DNA of 64,000 bases from Callorhinchus milii. Its lineage: Eukaryota. Made by a program: the position numbers and the translations under genes. Where the stretch lies: contig NW_024704743.1 of assembly GCF_018977255.1 (NCBI RefSeq), forward strand, positions 20,090,001-20,154,000, written 5' to 3'. The notes beneath the pieces are model-generated. The model made no database searches. It was not told the origin of the DNA and saw only the letters and a program-made list of their open reading frames with translations. Position 1 is the first letter of the stretch; every line of letters starts with the position of its first letter. Of this stretch, positions 12,836 to 24,817 are shown in pieces.

Positions 12836-14019
12836 AGGAGGGCATTTGAATATTGGAGGCAGTTCTGCAAAACTGTGCAGATTGCAATATTGATGGGAAA
12901 ACGAGAGATTGGTGATGGATAATCTTCAACAGCGAGCAATCTCTTATCCAAGTAAATGCAAGTAACCGAGAAATGTATTCTCAAAGAGATTAGGAGGGGG
13001 GCATTTGGGCCATGATGTCTATGTTTCTAGGGTAGTCAGCTCCTCTACCCGAATCCTATTTCCCTGTTCCTTTTGCATACTGTTTTATATTGCTCCTGTT
13101 CAATTGTTCATTCAACTCCCTTTAAAATATAGGTATAGTTTTGGTCTCTGGACCAAAAAAATCCTTCCATTTGATATAGCTTCTTTCATTCACATCAGGA
13201 GGAAGTTTTAGAGCACTTCACAGGATTTACTGGAAAGTGTAGTGGCTGTGTATTTTGCAGGCAAACACAGCAGCCAATTTGCTCACAGTAGACAGCTATA
13301 AGTGCATGATTTTTTTTGTCAACCAAACTCCAACCCTCTTGATTCCAGCCCCCAAATCGGGTGTGAATACTTAACTGTCCCGCGCCTTGAGACGTCCTTC
13401 TGAGGTGAAAGGCTCTATATAAATGTAAGTTGTTGTTGTTGGTTGAAACCTGGAATACACAAAGCTTTATACGACATTGCTATGATCTGACATGCTGTTA
13501 AACTTAAACCAGATGAATGATGAACGATGCAGGCACTGCCCACATGTGTTCTGTTATACCTAAGCTCTTTTCACACAATAGCAACTCTTCTGGAGGGTAA
13601 CGTTTACACATTTATTATTTCCTGAATTTGGAGGCACATCAAATACTTTAAAAATTGCCCCGAGATTCTTAAGTATTTGACAGTTAGAAAAATCAATTTC
13701 ATACAAAACAGAGATGATGGGGTGAAAGTTGTGGCATTCTATAACAGAAATGAAATGTGACCACATCAATGTGATGTTATGGCATTCAGCCAGGTGTCTG
13801 ACACATGCAGAAGCCCATCACCCTGCCTAAGAATATCCAAATAAACTGAGAGTTACATGCATCCCACCTATACATGGAAGTTCCAGAGATGTGTATTGGA
13901 ATGGAATGCGCACTCTCACCCTGGAGGGATGCATCCTGCTTACCTAATTCTGGAGCGCATTAAGCATTGGTTGGCAAGAGCCAAGGCTTAGGACCCCAGA
14001 GTGTGCATTGATGTACTGC

Positions 14020-14262
14020 TGGCTCTGGAACTCTATCTCCTAGTGCCTTCGCCTTGCCTCCTCCCTTTCCTCCTCCAAGGCCGGTCTCAAGACCTTTCTC
14101 TTTGACCGTGCCTTCAGCTCCCCTCTCGACTCTCTACCTCCTCCTCACTCCCTCCCTTCCCTCCCCTCACCCTGACCATTTCCCCCCTGCTCGGGTCCTG
14201 ACCCAACTGTACAGCGCCTTGGGACATCCTCCCAAGTGGAATGGAATCTTGTTGTTGTTGTT
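14020..14262 (+). mobile_element. Young L2 3' fragment
   Basis: Close reverse-complement match to 19157-19402; (TTG)n tail. A further short + strand end lies at ~13320-13440. Confidence 0.85.
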
Positions 14263-14566
14263 GCTGGAGTCTAACCAGCTAAAACTACATAGCTTGCCAC
14301 TGAAACCATTGTATGGCAATGACCTGTTGCTTGTCCAGCTAGGACCACCCATTAGGGCTTTGGCTTGCAGGGTTAACAGAAGTTGACTCGAGGGAGAGAG
14401 AGCGCTACCAACTGAGCTTGGTTGACACGCTATGGCAATAACAATTTGCAACAAAACATTCCATGTTCTAATAATCCTCTACCTGATAAAGTTTCTTGTA
14501 ACTCGCTCAATCAGGTGGGCTGTAATATCATGCCAAACTTCAGCAGCTACTGCTTTTTTAAAAAAA

Positions 14567-14719
14567 TTTCAGAGGCCTGACATTTTTCATTGTCTTAGGA
14601 CCAGCCTTTTAAAATTTGCGAGCAAAATTCTTAACAATTTTCTAGAATTCTACACAATCTTACATTTTTTTGAAAATAGGCTTAACGATAAGACCATGAG
14701 CAATTTCAGGCCTCTGAAA
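14567..14719. mobile_element. Palindromic MITE-like element (related copies at ~15235-15430, ~18700-18880, ~25205-25375, ~28105-28350)
   Basis: Perfect 14-bp inverted termini TTTCAGAGGCCTGA (14567-14580) / TCAGGCCTCTGAAA (14706-14719) with imperfect pairing continuing inward. Other copies share ctgaaatt....tcttaa / ttaagac / ttggaagc motifs and self-complementarity. Confidence 0.6.
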
Positions 14720-17327
14720 GCCAACACGGTACTGAAACATGTTTTGCATTCTACAGCTATGTGCCAACAATGATCGAACCCAATATCTGTGGCTCCTGGT
14801 ATTTGAAGACAGTGGGAAAATCTCTCCACATGCCGGTGAGTAGTGGATGGAATTGGAAGACTGAATAAAAAGGAGCTAGGGTCACCATTTGGTCAAGCTC
14901 TCAGGACTGGGTCAACTTCAGGTCAGTCACTCAGGCACTTGCATGTGAAGGAGGAGGGTTTTGTTGGGAATAAGTGGAACCAACATTCCAGAAAGGAATT
15001 TGGGGGGAAAAGGGATCCAAGTGAGTGAACACATAAATTGAAAAGAAGAAAAACAGTGAAGGCAGATGAAGGGAGAGATGAAAAACAGGGGGAAAAAAGT
15101 TGGAAAAGTAGTTTGTTGACACCTGCAATTAATGAAATCTCTCAGCAAACGCCTACCAGAAAGAGATGCGGAAAATATAAAAAATAAAAAAAATCCAGTA
15201 CAAATTTTTCAAAGAGAATAAATGTCGAAAGATGAAATTCCACTCTTTATTAGTCTGTAAAACCATTTTGTGTTAAATTCTTAATATTCTTAAATTCCGT
15301 TTTAATTTGGAAGCTGCTTTTCCACAGTCTCGAATTAAAATTGAGTTCTAAGAATTTTCCACCATTCTGCGTGGTCTTAAATTTTAAGGAAGAACAATTT
15401 TATGGACTAAGATGAAGTGGAATTTCGGGGCTTACAGTTTCCTGCAACAGCTAATCACATACTGACAAGGAAACAGAGAGACAGATTAAAAGAGACTCTG
15501 AAAGAGTGAAGTAAATGGGAAAATTCTCAAGAGCATTTTACCAGATGTGATCAATGTTTAGCTAAAGGGTGAAGAGGCCATAAAGATTATTCAGCACGGA
15601 TTAGAAGCAACATGTCGCATCTCGCAAATCTACTGGAATTCATTGTTTGCTTAATGAGGGCAATCCATTGGAAACAAACAACTCTGATTTTTAGAAGCAT
15701 TTGGTAGAGGATGATATCAAGAACATTTTAGTCTCACAGTGTTAATGTAAAATGAGTCATTTACATTTAAAATTCTCTTAGCAATAGAAAAGGGAGTATA
15801 ATATTACTGTAAATGGAGAAAGTTTGTTTGGAGTGGCAACTCTAGAGTTGTAAAGGAATCCAAAGCCCATATTTCTCAGTCTTAATCTTACGACCAATGT
15901 GTTAAAATTTAAAATCATGCATAAATTTTGATTTCATTTCATCCTTAATTTGGAATCTGGTCTGCTGCATTTCTTGTTCCCCTGTTATTTGTAATATTCA
16001 TCAAGTTACTTTGCGTAACATTACTGTGTGCAGTGTGAGATACCTTCCCCGGAAAGGGTTCAAAAAAAAAGAATTTAAAGAAGAGCAACAAAAATCATTC
16101 TGGCATTAGGACTCTAAATTATAAGGAGAAAGTCACAGGTTTGAATTTTGTTTGTAGATGAGTGCTACAGAAAGGTACATTAGCAACTGAATCAGACTAT
16201 TTGCCTTATCAGTATCTTTAGTCACATCCAGATTACATAATTTCTGCAATTAGGCGGTGGTTTGCAGAGCAGATTTGCTTCCCTGTCAATTTGCTCACCA
16301 AACTCCTGCAAAACTAGCAACTCTCATTCCTGCTACTTTGGGACATTGCCACCTGAAAGGTTTTCTGCAGGGGGTTTGGCACCAGTGTTTATTTCCTTTG
16401 TGGCTGAGGTGGCCCTAATGCAGAGTGTGTCTTGTGAAGGACTTTTCCAGTTCAGATTCTCAGCGCCTGGTACTTTATAAATTTACGAATAATACAGTAA
16501 AAAGATTTTAATACACTGATGCCCAAATCTCCTTTTTTGATAAAATGACATTTCTAAGGTAACTGATGTACATATTGTTCTATGATGAATAGAATTATTG
16601 GGCCACTGTAATATTGCACAAAAAAACTTGTGATTTTTTTTCTTGTTTTTGCAATACTACATTTTTAAGAATATGTAGAACCAGAAAAAAACAGGAAACA
16701 TGGCCAATGTTTCGCTCTTCCAGAAATCAAACCCAAATGCTCTTGCTTGTGAGGCAAGTGCCCCATCACTAAGCTACAGAACTCCACAACTCCCATTCCC
16801 CTGCATTTTGCTCGTATTTAGAATTTTTTTTCAAATATTAATCCAATCCCCTTTTAAATGCTGTTATAGATTTTGCTTCAACAGCTGTGTTTGATAAATC
16901 AGTCCACATTGTAACAATCCATCTGTGTCTCATACCCTCAATCGATTTCTTTGCTAACTAGGTATCTAGTTCTCTCTGGAATCTGCTGAAAAAATCTACC
17001 TCTACCACCTCCTCATATTCATCACACTCTGTGAAAAGTAATTCAATGCCCTCATTTGTAGTTGGTTTTCTAATAAACTGGATAATGAATTATCCAATTG
17101 TCTTTGATATTTTCCCACTTTATTGAAATAAAATGTGATTCTTCAGTGATGTCTTTTAGCAGTTTTTCAATCCCACTTCATTCGATTAGACCCTTCACCA
17201 GGTTAGTGTGTTCTAGCGCCCTGGGACGTCTTTCCGACGTGAAGGGCACTATACACGTGTAATTTATTGTTGTTGTTCAGCCACGTAATGTGACTGGTAC
17301 GTTTAGTTACATGAAAAGGTCCCCTGT

Positions 17328-17712
17328 CATAAGACCATAAGAGTAGTTCAGATGAAGAAGATATTTCAGGCCATTTGATCTCATCCTTCTACAGTACGCA
17401 CCCTTTCATCTTCTCAGGGTAGCATCTAAGAGTTTCTTAAATGCTCTTGCCTCAACCACCCTTCCTGGTAACTTGTTCCAGCTGTTGATTGGCCTTTGTG
17501 TAAAAGAAATACTTTCTGGTATCTGTTCTAAACTTGCAATTCACACCCCTGAACCTATGCCCTTTTACCCTGTGTAACTAAAAGTATTGTTCACGGTTTG
17601 TTTTCTCTATCCTGTTAAGTATCTTACATTTTCTCTATACAGTCCCTCTGAGACATCTCTTTATGAGACGAAGAGCCTTAGCTTATTGTGTCATTCCTCA
17701 GCACTCATCCAG
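17328..17712 (-). mobile_element. CR1 LINE 3' fragment
   Basis: cataagaccataaga tail, then gcctcaaccacccttcctggtaacttgttcca...ctttgtgtaaaagaaatactt...aacctatgccc. Similar to ~29560-29990 and the reverse of 30900-31220. Confidence 0.7.
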
Positions 17713-18189
17713 CTTGCTTCATCTGAACCACTTTTATTGGTCTTATGATAAGAGACTATTTCATGTGACTAAATGTACCAGTCACATTACGTGGCTGAAC
17801 AGGCAACCTGGTGAATGGTCCAATCTAACAAAGTGGGATTGAAAAACTATTAGGGAGGAGCTAAAAGACCTCACTGGAGAATCACGTTTTACTTCAGGAA
17901 AGTAGGAAAATATCATTGCTTTTCTTTGTACCTTCTCGACAGCCTGGATTGCCTTTTATATCACAGATGTAACCCACCCAGCGTACCCTCTTGCAGGCAC
18001 TGTATGTTAAGCATAATATATTCAGAGGAAATTGACTTGGTCCAATTGCAGCAGAGAAATTATATAATAGATACATTCAGAAACATAATAAAATCTTGTT
18101 TACAGATTTTTAACTGCTGAATGTTCTTTCACTTCCCTATCCCTAGGGATGATGAGGCCCATTATGATGGCCCAACGTCATCGAACATT

Positions 18190-18483
18190 ACCTAACTCAG
18201 CACAGACCAGGGATCAAACCTTGGGAACTTCCTAAGGACTGCATTTTCCCCTAGTTTTAGATTGGTTGTTAGTTGATTGGTGGATTGCTTTTCCGGGTTA
18301 ATATTTCCTTAAAAAAAGTAATTAATTGGTCACTCAATCCACGACTGTTTGTGGGACACTGCTGTGCGCAATTGGCTGCTGCATTTCGCACACAAAATAG
18401 ACAGTCAATTCACATTACAGTATATTCTGTGAAGCGCTTTTAGACGTCTCGAAGATAAGGCGCTATATCAAATATTATTATTA
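18190..18483 (+). mobile_element. tRNA-derived SINE, long variant, 5'-degenerate
   Basis: Reverse complement of the 5383-5750 body; tattatta tail. Confidence 0.8.
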
Positions 18484-19099
18484 GTGTGAGATGTTAAACT
18501 AAAGTCTGGATAACAACACTACAGTTAAATTGGTCATTCATCTCCTGGCTTCTGTGGGACATTGCTATGTGCAAATTGACTGTCGTGTTTGTTGCAAATA
18601 CATAAACATTTCACTTAACATTCAATACTGTGAAGCTCTTTGGGATGTTTCAATATGATAATGTGTTATATATAATGCAACAAATATTATTATTGTAAAA
18701 CTATTTGTTTTAAAATTTAAGATTGAACAAAATAGTAGAAAATTCTGCAATTCAGTCTTAATTTCAAAACCTGTTCTTTTTATGAACCATAGAAAATCAG
18801 CTTCTAAATTAAGACTGAATTTAAGATTTTTTTTACAAATCCCTTAATCGTAAATATTAACACAAAAGAGTCTTTCAGACCTCCCTCTGGTTCAGTTCCA
18901 CAACACACGGCGCATTTACTCATTGAGCCATAGAGGGAGCCCTTCAGACTTGTTTGGTATAGTACTATATGAGATAATGTGAGAATGGAGTCCAAGCTCA
19001 AGTAACTGTTACAAAACACAAAGCTCACAAAATTGGCCCTGATATTTTGACAGACAAAGTTGACTTCTGGTATAAATTAAGATATGAATTTCTAAAAGC

Positions 19100-19500
19100 T
19101 TCAAACCATGATTTTGTTTGCGGACTTGTTTGTGCACATTTCGCCCACAAAATACACAACAACAAGATTTCATTTATAGAGCGCCTTTCACGTCGGAAGG
19201 ACATCCCAAGGCGCTGTGCAGTTGGGTCAGGACCCGAGCAGGGGGAAATGGTCAGGGTGAGGGGAGGGAAGGGAGGGAGCGAGGAGAGGGTAGAGAGTCG
19301 AGAGGGGAGCCGAAGGCACGGTCAAAGAGAAAGGTCTTGAGACCGGCCTTGAAGGAGGAAAGGGAGGAAGCAAGGCGAAGGCACTGGGGGATAGAGTTCC
19401 AGACACAGTCACTCCAATTTACAGTACATTCTGTGAAGCACTTCGAGACATCTCAATGACGTGCTAAGACGCTATATCAAATATAAGGCTTATTATTATG
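19100..19500. mobile_element. SINE 3' part (+) interrupted by a young L2 fragment (-, ~19157-19402)
   Basis: SINE reads ...ttcgcccacaaaatacac[L2]acacagtcactc...tctgtgaagcacttcgagac...tattatt; acaca occurs at both junctions. Confidence 0.8.
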
Positions 19501-19911
19501 ATTCTGAGTAGTCAGCTTGGCTCTTTAGTCCACGACAAAATAGTTGATTAATCCTTATGGGAATATATTGTTCTGAGAAAAGACTATCTGGAAAAAATAA
19601 AGGTAGCACTCCCTTTAGGCCATAGACAGAGAAATTATTAACTTTTATTAAAATTTGAGGTAAAAGATGATAAAAGCCGCGTGTGGAATTTCTTTGTTTG
19701 AAAGGTTTCTGGGTGAAGGAACTGTTTAAAGACTTTCTCCTCCCTTCCCCTGAAGGCTATGTATAGTCTTGTGGCTATTGAGACTTGAAAGAGTGGGCAG
19801 TTTTTGTTCCCCTCTCCTCAAAGGAAGATTTCCATTGTGAAGATTGTAAAGTGATACATCTGAGCTACCATTGAGAAGAGGGACCTTGTGTTTTAATAAT
19901 ATCTACGTATA

Positions 19912-20085
19912 CAGTAAACCTCACAAAAGTTGTATCATTTGGGACCATACATATAATATGACTTATGCAAAGTATGAGTTATGTCAAACTTGCATAGAAT
20001 ATAAATTCTTGAATGGGACTTGGGCAGATGTATGACTTAGGCAATTATACAATTTATACAGATCAGACATATGCGAGTTTTACTG
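19912..20085. mobile_element. Tc1/mariner-pogo (Tigger-like) MITE
   Basis: TA|CAGTAAACCTCACA ... TGCGAGTTTTACTG|TA: imperfect TIRs with a TA duplication; internal repeats of atgacttatgca-like units. Confidence 0.7.
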
Positions 20086-23000
20086 TATTTCTAGACAGGT
20101 ACTCTCAAAATATCTCAGAGTGAGCTGTCATTATCATTGTATTATTATGGGAAAATTACTCTCTGTTCTCAACTGTAAGATCAAGCAACACAACATTTTA
20201 TAGTTTGTGAAAAAACTATCATTGTGTAGAAACACAACATTAATATTTGTCTGCATTCCACTTGTCCAGTTATTGTTAACATTAAGTTTGGTTGGGAAAT
20301 CCAGGTCCCATATGTATTGGTGGGATAATGAATTTCTTTTTGTCCCTAGGATAGTGAATGCTGTGGATGGAGTTACAAGGCTATAAAGTCAGCCTTTGAG
20401 GTTTGACGACATCATAAACTGTGAGAACACAACAAGAGTAGATTATGAACTTCAACAAAATCTAGGGATTGAACTCCCCCCACGCTATTGAGCTACAGGC
20501 TCTTTTATAACATTAAAATAAGAACACGCATACTATGCACCTGGATTTGATAGGATGTAAAGCAGGAAGTATATAACTAGACTTTCAGCTTCATATTGCT
20601 GTATTGCTGGGAGTGAACCAGATTTGCTCCCAGCATTATAAATACAGTATTACCTTATAATGTGATAAAACTTACAATATAAATTAAGGTATTCCTTAAG
20701 TATAAATGTGTGGAATTTGAAGTATGAATTACATAGATGTGCCTCGTCCATTCTCTCACCTCCTTCAAGGTCCATCAAGACCTTCCTCTTGACCATGCCT
20801 CAGACATCTTTCCACCCTATGCCCTTTCCCCCTTGGCTCCCACCTCTCCCGAATCCAACCCTCAGCTTGACTGCCCAGCGCTTTGGTATGTCCTGACATA
20901 AAAGGTGCTACGTAAAAGCAATTTGTTGTTGTTGTTGTCGTATTGTCACATCACCGAGCTGTTTTAAAGAGCTTCACAGTATTTAGTGTTAAGTGTAGTA
21001 ACTGTGGATTTTGTTACTGCTCTGGCTGATCTTGCTGGTCACCACTGGACGCCTGTACTCTAAGCAAACCCATGTTCAACCGGACACATTCTAATGGGGC
21101 CGACTTGTGCTGTGAGGAACATCCAATCCAATGTAAAATAATTTATGCCACGTTTAATTTCAATGGTAGATTTTTATAAGCATCTGTCAATAACACGTGT
21201 TGACACCTGTCAATAACATATGTTAACACTTTCTGCATTGTACATTTGACATTTCCAAATGTAAAATATTACGTACAAAAGGAGGCCTGTTAGCAAGTTT
21301 GTTTCGGATCACTGTACCTTCCCTAATGACTGGTGAAGATCTGAACTGACCAGCTACAAAACAAAGGCTTCACAGGGCTGAGGCATGCCTGGCACTGTCT
21401 CTGACAGCAGTGATTATACTGCTGCCAAGAGCGGCAATACCCCATAGGCACGTGCTAAAATGCTTCTTTCATTGGAGTTTTTGAGTTTTCAGAGGCCTTA
21501 TTTACTTTTCAATGCTACCATTCAAATAGGAGCAGAGCTTCAAGGAGACATTAGTATAGGAGAACCTTCATCAAACTGTAGTGAGTGATCTCCATTCTGC
21601 TGAATCTAATAAACACCTGAAAGAAAACATCTATTAATTTTACCGATTTCTATTTATAAGCTTAACATGGTAAAATAAAAAGTGAACTGTGAAATGCGTG
21701 TCTGTTCTATCATGCTTAAACTGGATACATCATTTGTCAATGCATTTTTCACACAACCTTGTAAAACTGAGGGACAGGGCATAAATTGTGGACAATTATG
21801 ACAATAATATATATCTCTGTAGATCTTCAGTCTCCCATTGCAACTCATCTTCGTTCCAAATGTGGGTTATATTTCACTTGCATTAGAGACTCACATATGG
21901 TTTGTAAGCCTGCAGCAATTTCACTTCATAAAAGAATGCCCATATGTGTCCTGAAAGAATGGCACTCTCCTGTATGTAATAAAAGTGACTGCACAGACTT
22001 TACATAGAATTTTTGGGTTCCTAGAGAAGAAATTTATCACCAAACACAATGGAACAGCTGTTCCAGAACCATGAGAGACCTGGGGCCTGACTCTGGAAAG
22101 ACAGAAGAATCTAAAATGTCTGCTTTTCTTTTTACTCAAAAAAAACTTACCTCCTCTAAACCTTTTCCTGGTTTAATTTTCTTTCATGCAGCTAATGTAT
22201 ACATTAATTGGCTCATGGTTTAATTATTGATATGGACATTTTTTTCAAATCCATTCAGAATGCGTTTATGCCTTTCAAGGACGGAGAATGCAACAGTGTA
22301 ATTATATGTTAATGGTATCTAAATGAGATCAGCGGGCTCCAGGCTTTTTTAACAGGGCGCACTGGAAAAGGAATTTTAGCTGCATTAAATTGCCACAGAG
22401 CAGCCTCTGCTCCCCAGTGGCGTACATGGACGAAACATCTTTAAAAACATTGATATTCAAACGCACATGTTCTAACTTCCTCAATGATCAGCTGATAAAA
22501 CCTTCGCCCGATGTGATCTGGAGGGTCGTGGCATTGCAGTAATATACTTCATGTGCAGCTGTGTTCTTAAACATACTCTTCGTAGAGGAATTCCTGTTAC
22601 CAGCTATCTATCTAGCGAGGGTTCGAAGTCACACTTGTTAAATGTCCGCTCACTCTTTGAATGGACGTTGAGCTGGCTCCAAGATGCCAAGCAAAGTGAC
22701 AATTCTATGTGGTAGAGGTGGTGAACCGATGCATGAGTCAGGCAGGTTCACAGTGCTCCAGGGCACTGTGGATGATTGTCCAGTTTGTCTATCTCACCAG
22801 TAAGACTTTGAGGGGCACACGTGAAACTAGGGGATAGATCCTTACCACTCAGACCCTGAAAGCCTTGAAGACAGCCAGTGATTTGGTTGGTTCTATTCCA
22901 GCAGTAGAAGCCAAGGCATTGAAAAACATCAATGTGTACGTTGAGGTCTCCAGTACTTCTGGCTTCTGGCACCCCGTACTTGTGGGGTGTTCTCTGTATA

Positions 23001-23884
23001 TACAAAAGCATTGTGCGTGTACCCTCAGGTGTGGGGTTAAATACTCTGGTCTGGCAAACAGAACCTCTGCTTCTGTAAGTTAGCAGTGGCTCAAACTGGA
23101 GATTTGTAAGCAAAGCAAAGGGTTTCCCCACGTGCCATAGTCCTTGCTGACCAGAAAATAAAACAGACATGGGAAGTGGCAGATTCAACCCCTGGTCTGT
23201 GTTGAGTCAGTTGATTTTAACCAGGGCATCAGTTGGGATGTTGCATTTGAGCTCAGTTCCCATGGACTGGGAAAGGTAAAATCAGACACGGTTTTCATTT
23301 CTGAATGAAATCCAATGATCCCTGCTTGGATCAGCAATAATTTACATTTATATATTGCGTTTCACATCGGGAGGATGTCTTAAAATGCTTCACACAGCTG
23401 ACTGGGAGAATGATCTTGGCTGGGGGAGCTGAAGAGGGTGGAGTCATAAGAGTGACCAAAAGTGCAAATTAAAAAGTAGGTCTTAAGGTGGACTTTAAAG
23501 GTGGAGAGGAAGGGTGCAAGGCACAGGGACTCTGGGATGGAGAGCGGGGATAGAATGGCTGAAATCCTGCCCACCAATGGTAGGACAGATCAGGCTAGGG
23601 ACAGCCTAAATTATGTGCTTAAAGTTGCAACATTTGATATTTCTTTAAAGTGGAGTGATTGTGTATTTGTATGTAAACATGATAATCATTTTGCACACCG
23701 CGGGACCCACAAGTAACTGGGAAGTAAATTTTCACTAAAGGATTTCCCTATAGGAAATTTCCCTGAAGGATTGTTGAACACTGGAGAAATGCCCTTTAAA
23801 TAGTGTCATGATCTGAACAGATAGACAGGCCTCTGTTTAACATCTCATTCAAAGTTAAGCAGCAATACAGCCTTCCCCCAGCAA

Positions 23885-24489
23885 CAAACAACAACAACTT
23901 GCATTTATATAGCACCCCTTACACAGGGTAGTATCCCAGAATGTTTGACAGTGGCAGAGCCTAAACCCGAATCAGGGGGAGTGGGAAGTGACCATAGGCA
24001 CAGTTGAAGAGGAAGGTCATCAGGTATGATCCGAAGATGGGGAAGGAAGGGCCCAGGCGGAGGAATAGAGGAAGAGTGTTTGGAGGGCACAAGAGACATG
24101 CAGGAGGCCGGAGCCAGTCGAGGGGAGGCAGCGGGTTATGGGTTGTGGGGTATACAGGTCGGAGAGATAGGAAGATGTCAGGGCATGAAGGGATTCAGAA
24201 ACAAGTGTGAGGATCTTGAAATCAATCCGTTTGGAGCGCCAGTGGAGCCTAGCTAGAACAGATGTGATGGGAATGCAGAGTTTAGTACGGGTGAGTATGT
24301 GGACAGCGGAGTTTTGGATCATTTGTGAATGGTGGAGCTGGGGAGATTGGGCAAAGAGGGTTTTTTTAGTAGTCAAGGCAGGAGGTTCCGAACACACGGA
24401 CGAGTTTTTCGACTGCATCTGGGGTATGGTGTGGCCGGAGGTGGACAATGTGGCGGAGGTGGAGGAAGGCGTCCTGATAAAGGGACCGG
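23885..24489 (-). mobile_element. L2 LINE 3' fragment with degenerate ORF2 C-terminus
   Basis: ORF 24020-24520 contains QMIQNSAVHILTRTK..IPITSVLARLHW...RIDFKIL, typical of the L2 ORF2 C-terminus; (CAA)n tail at ~23885. Other L2 ends at ~20745-20938 (+), ~23340-23580, ~27705-27900, ~30020-30085 (+) and ~62855-62950. Confidence 0.85.
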
Positions 24490-24817
24490 ATAATAATAAT
24501 AATAATAATAATCCTTGCATTTGATATAGCGCTTTTCACGTCGGGAGGACGTCCCAAAGCGCTTCACAGAACACACTGTAAAGTGAATTGACTGTATATT
24601 TGTGGGCGAACGCGGCAGCCAATTGCGCACAGCAATGTCCCACAAACAGCCGTAGATTGAAAATGACCAATTTATTATTGTTTTTTTTTTTTGGAGGGAT
24701 TATTATTAGGCGTGTGGAGTAAGGAAACTTGCCCAAGGTTTCGCCCTCTGCCTGGAATTGAACTCAGGTCTCTCGCTTGCAAAGCGAGTGTTCTAACCAC
24801 TGAGCTACAGGACTCCA
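24490..24817 (-). mobile_element. Young full-length tRNA-Ala-derived SINE (short variant)
   Basis: Minus strand TGGAGTCCTGTAGCTCAGTGGTTAGAACACTCGCTTTGCAAGCGAGAGACCTGAGTTCAATTCC (A box, anticodon arm, B box); CpGs intact; (TTA)n tail. Confidence 0.9.

Noticed and set aside
22748..23188. 146-aa minus-strand ORF
   Set aside because: No recognisable motif or convincing exon structure, and it begins at the edge of an old repeat.
24020..24520. 166-aa ORF as a host gene
   Set aside because: Frameshifted L2 ORF2 remnant whose start lies in the adjacent SINE tail; ORFs at 602-1088, 14054-14386 and 19047-19459 are likewise repeat-derived.
24745..24817. tRNA-Ala-like gene (A/B boxes, anticodon arm)
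   Set aside because: It is the head of a SINE: continuous with the SINE body and tail, repeated with variable anticodon (TGC/CGC/CAC) in other copies, and lacks a proper acceptor stem.
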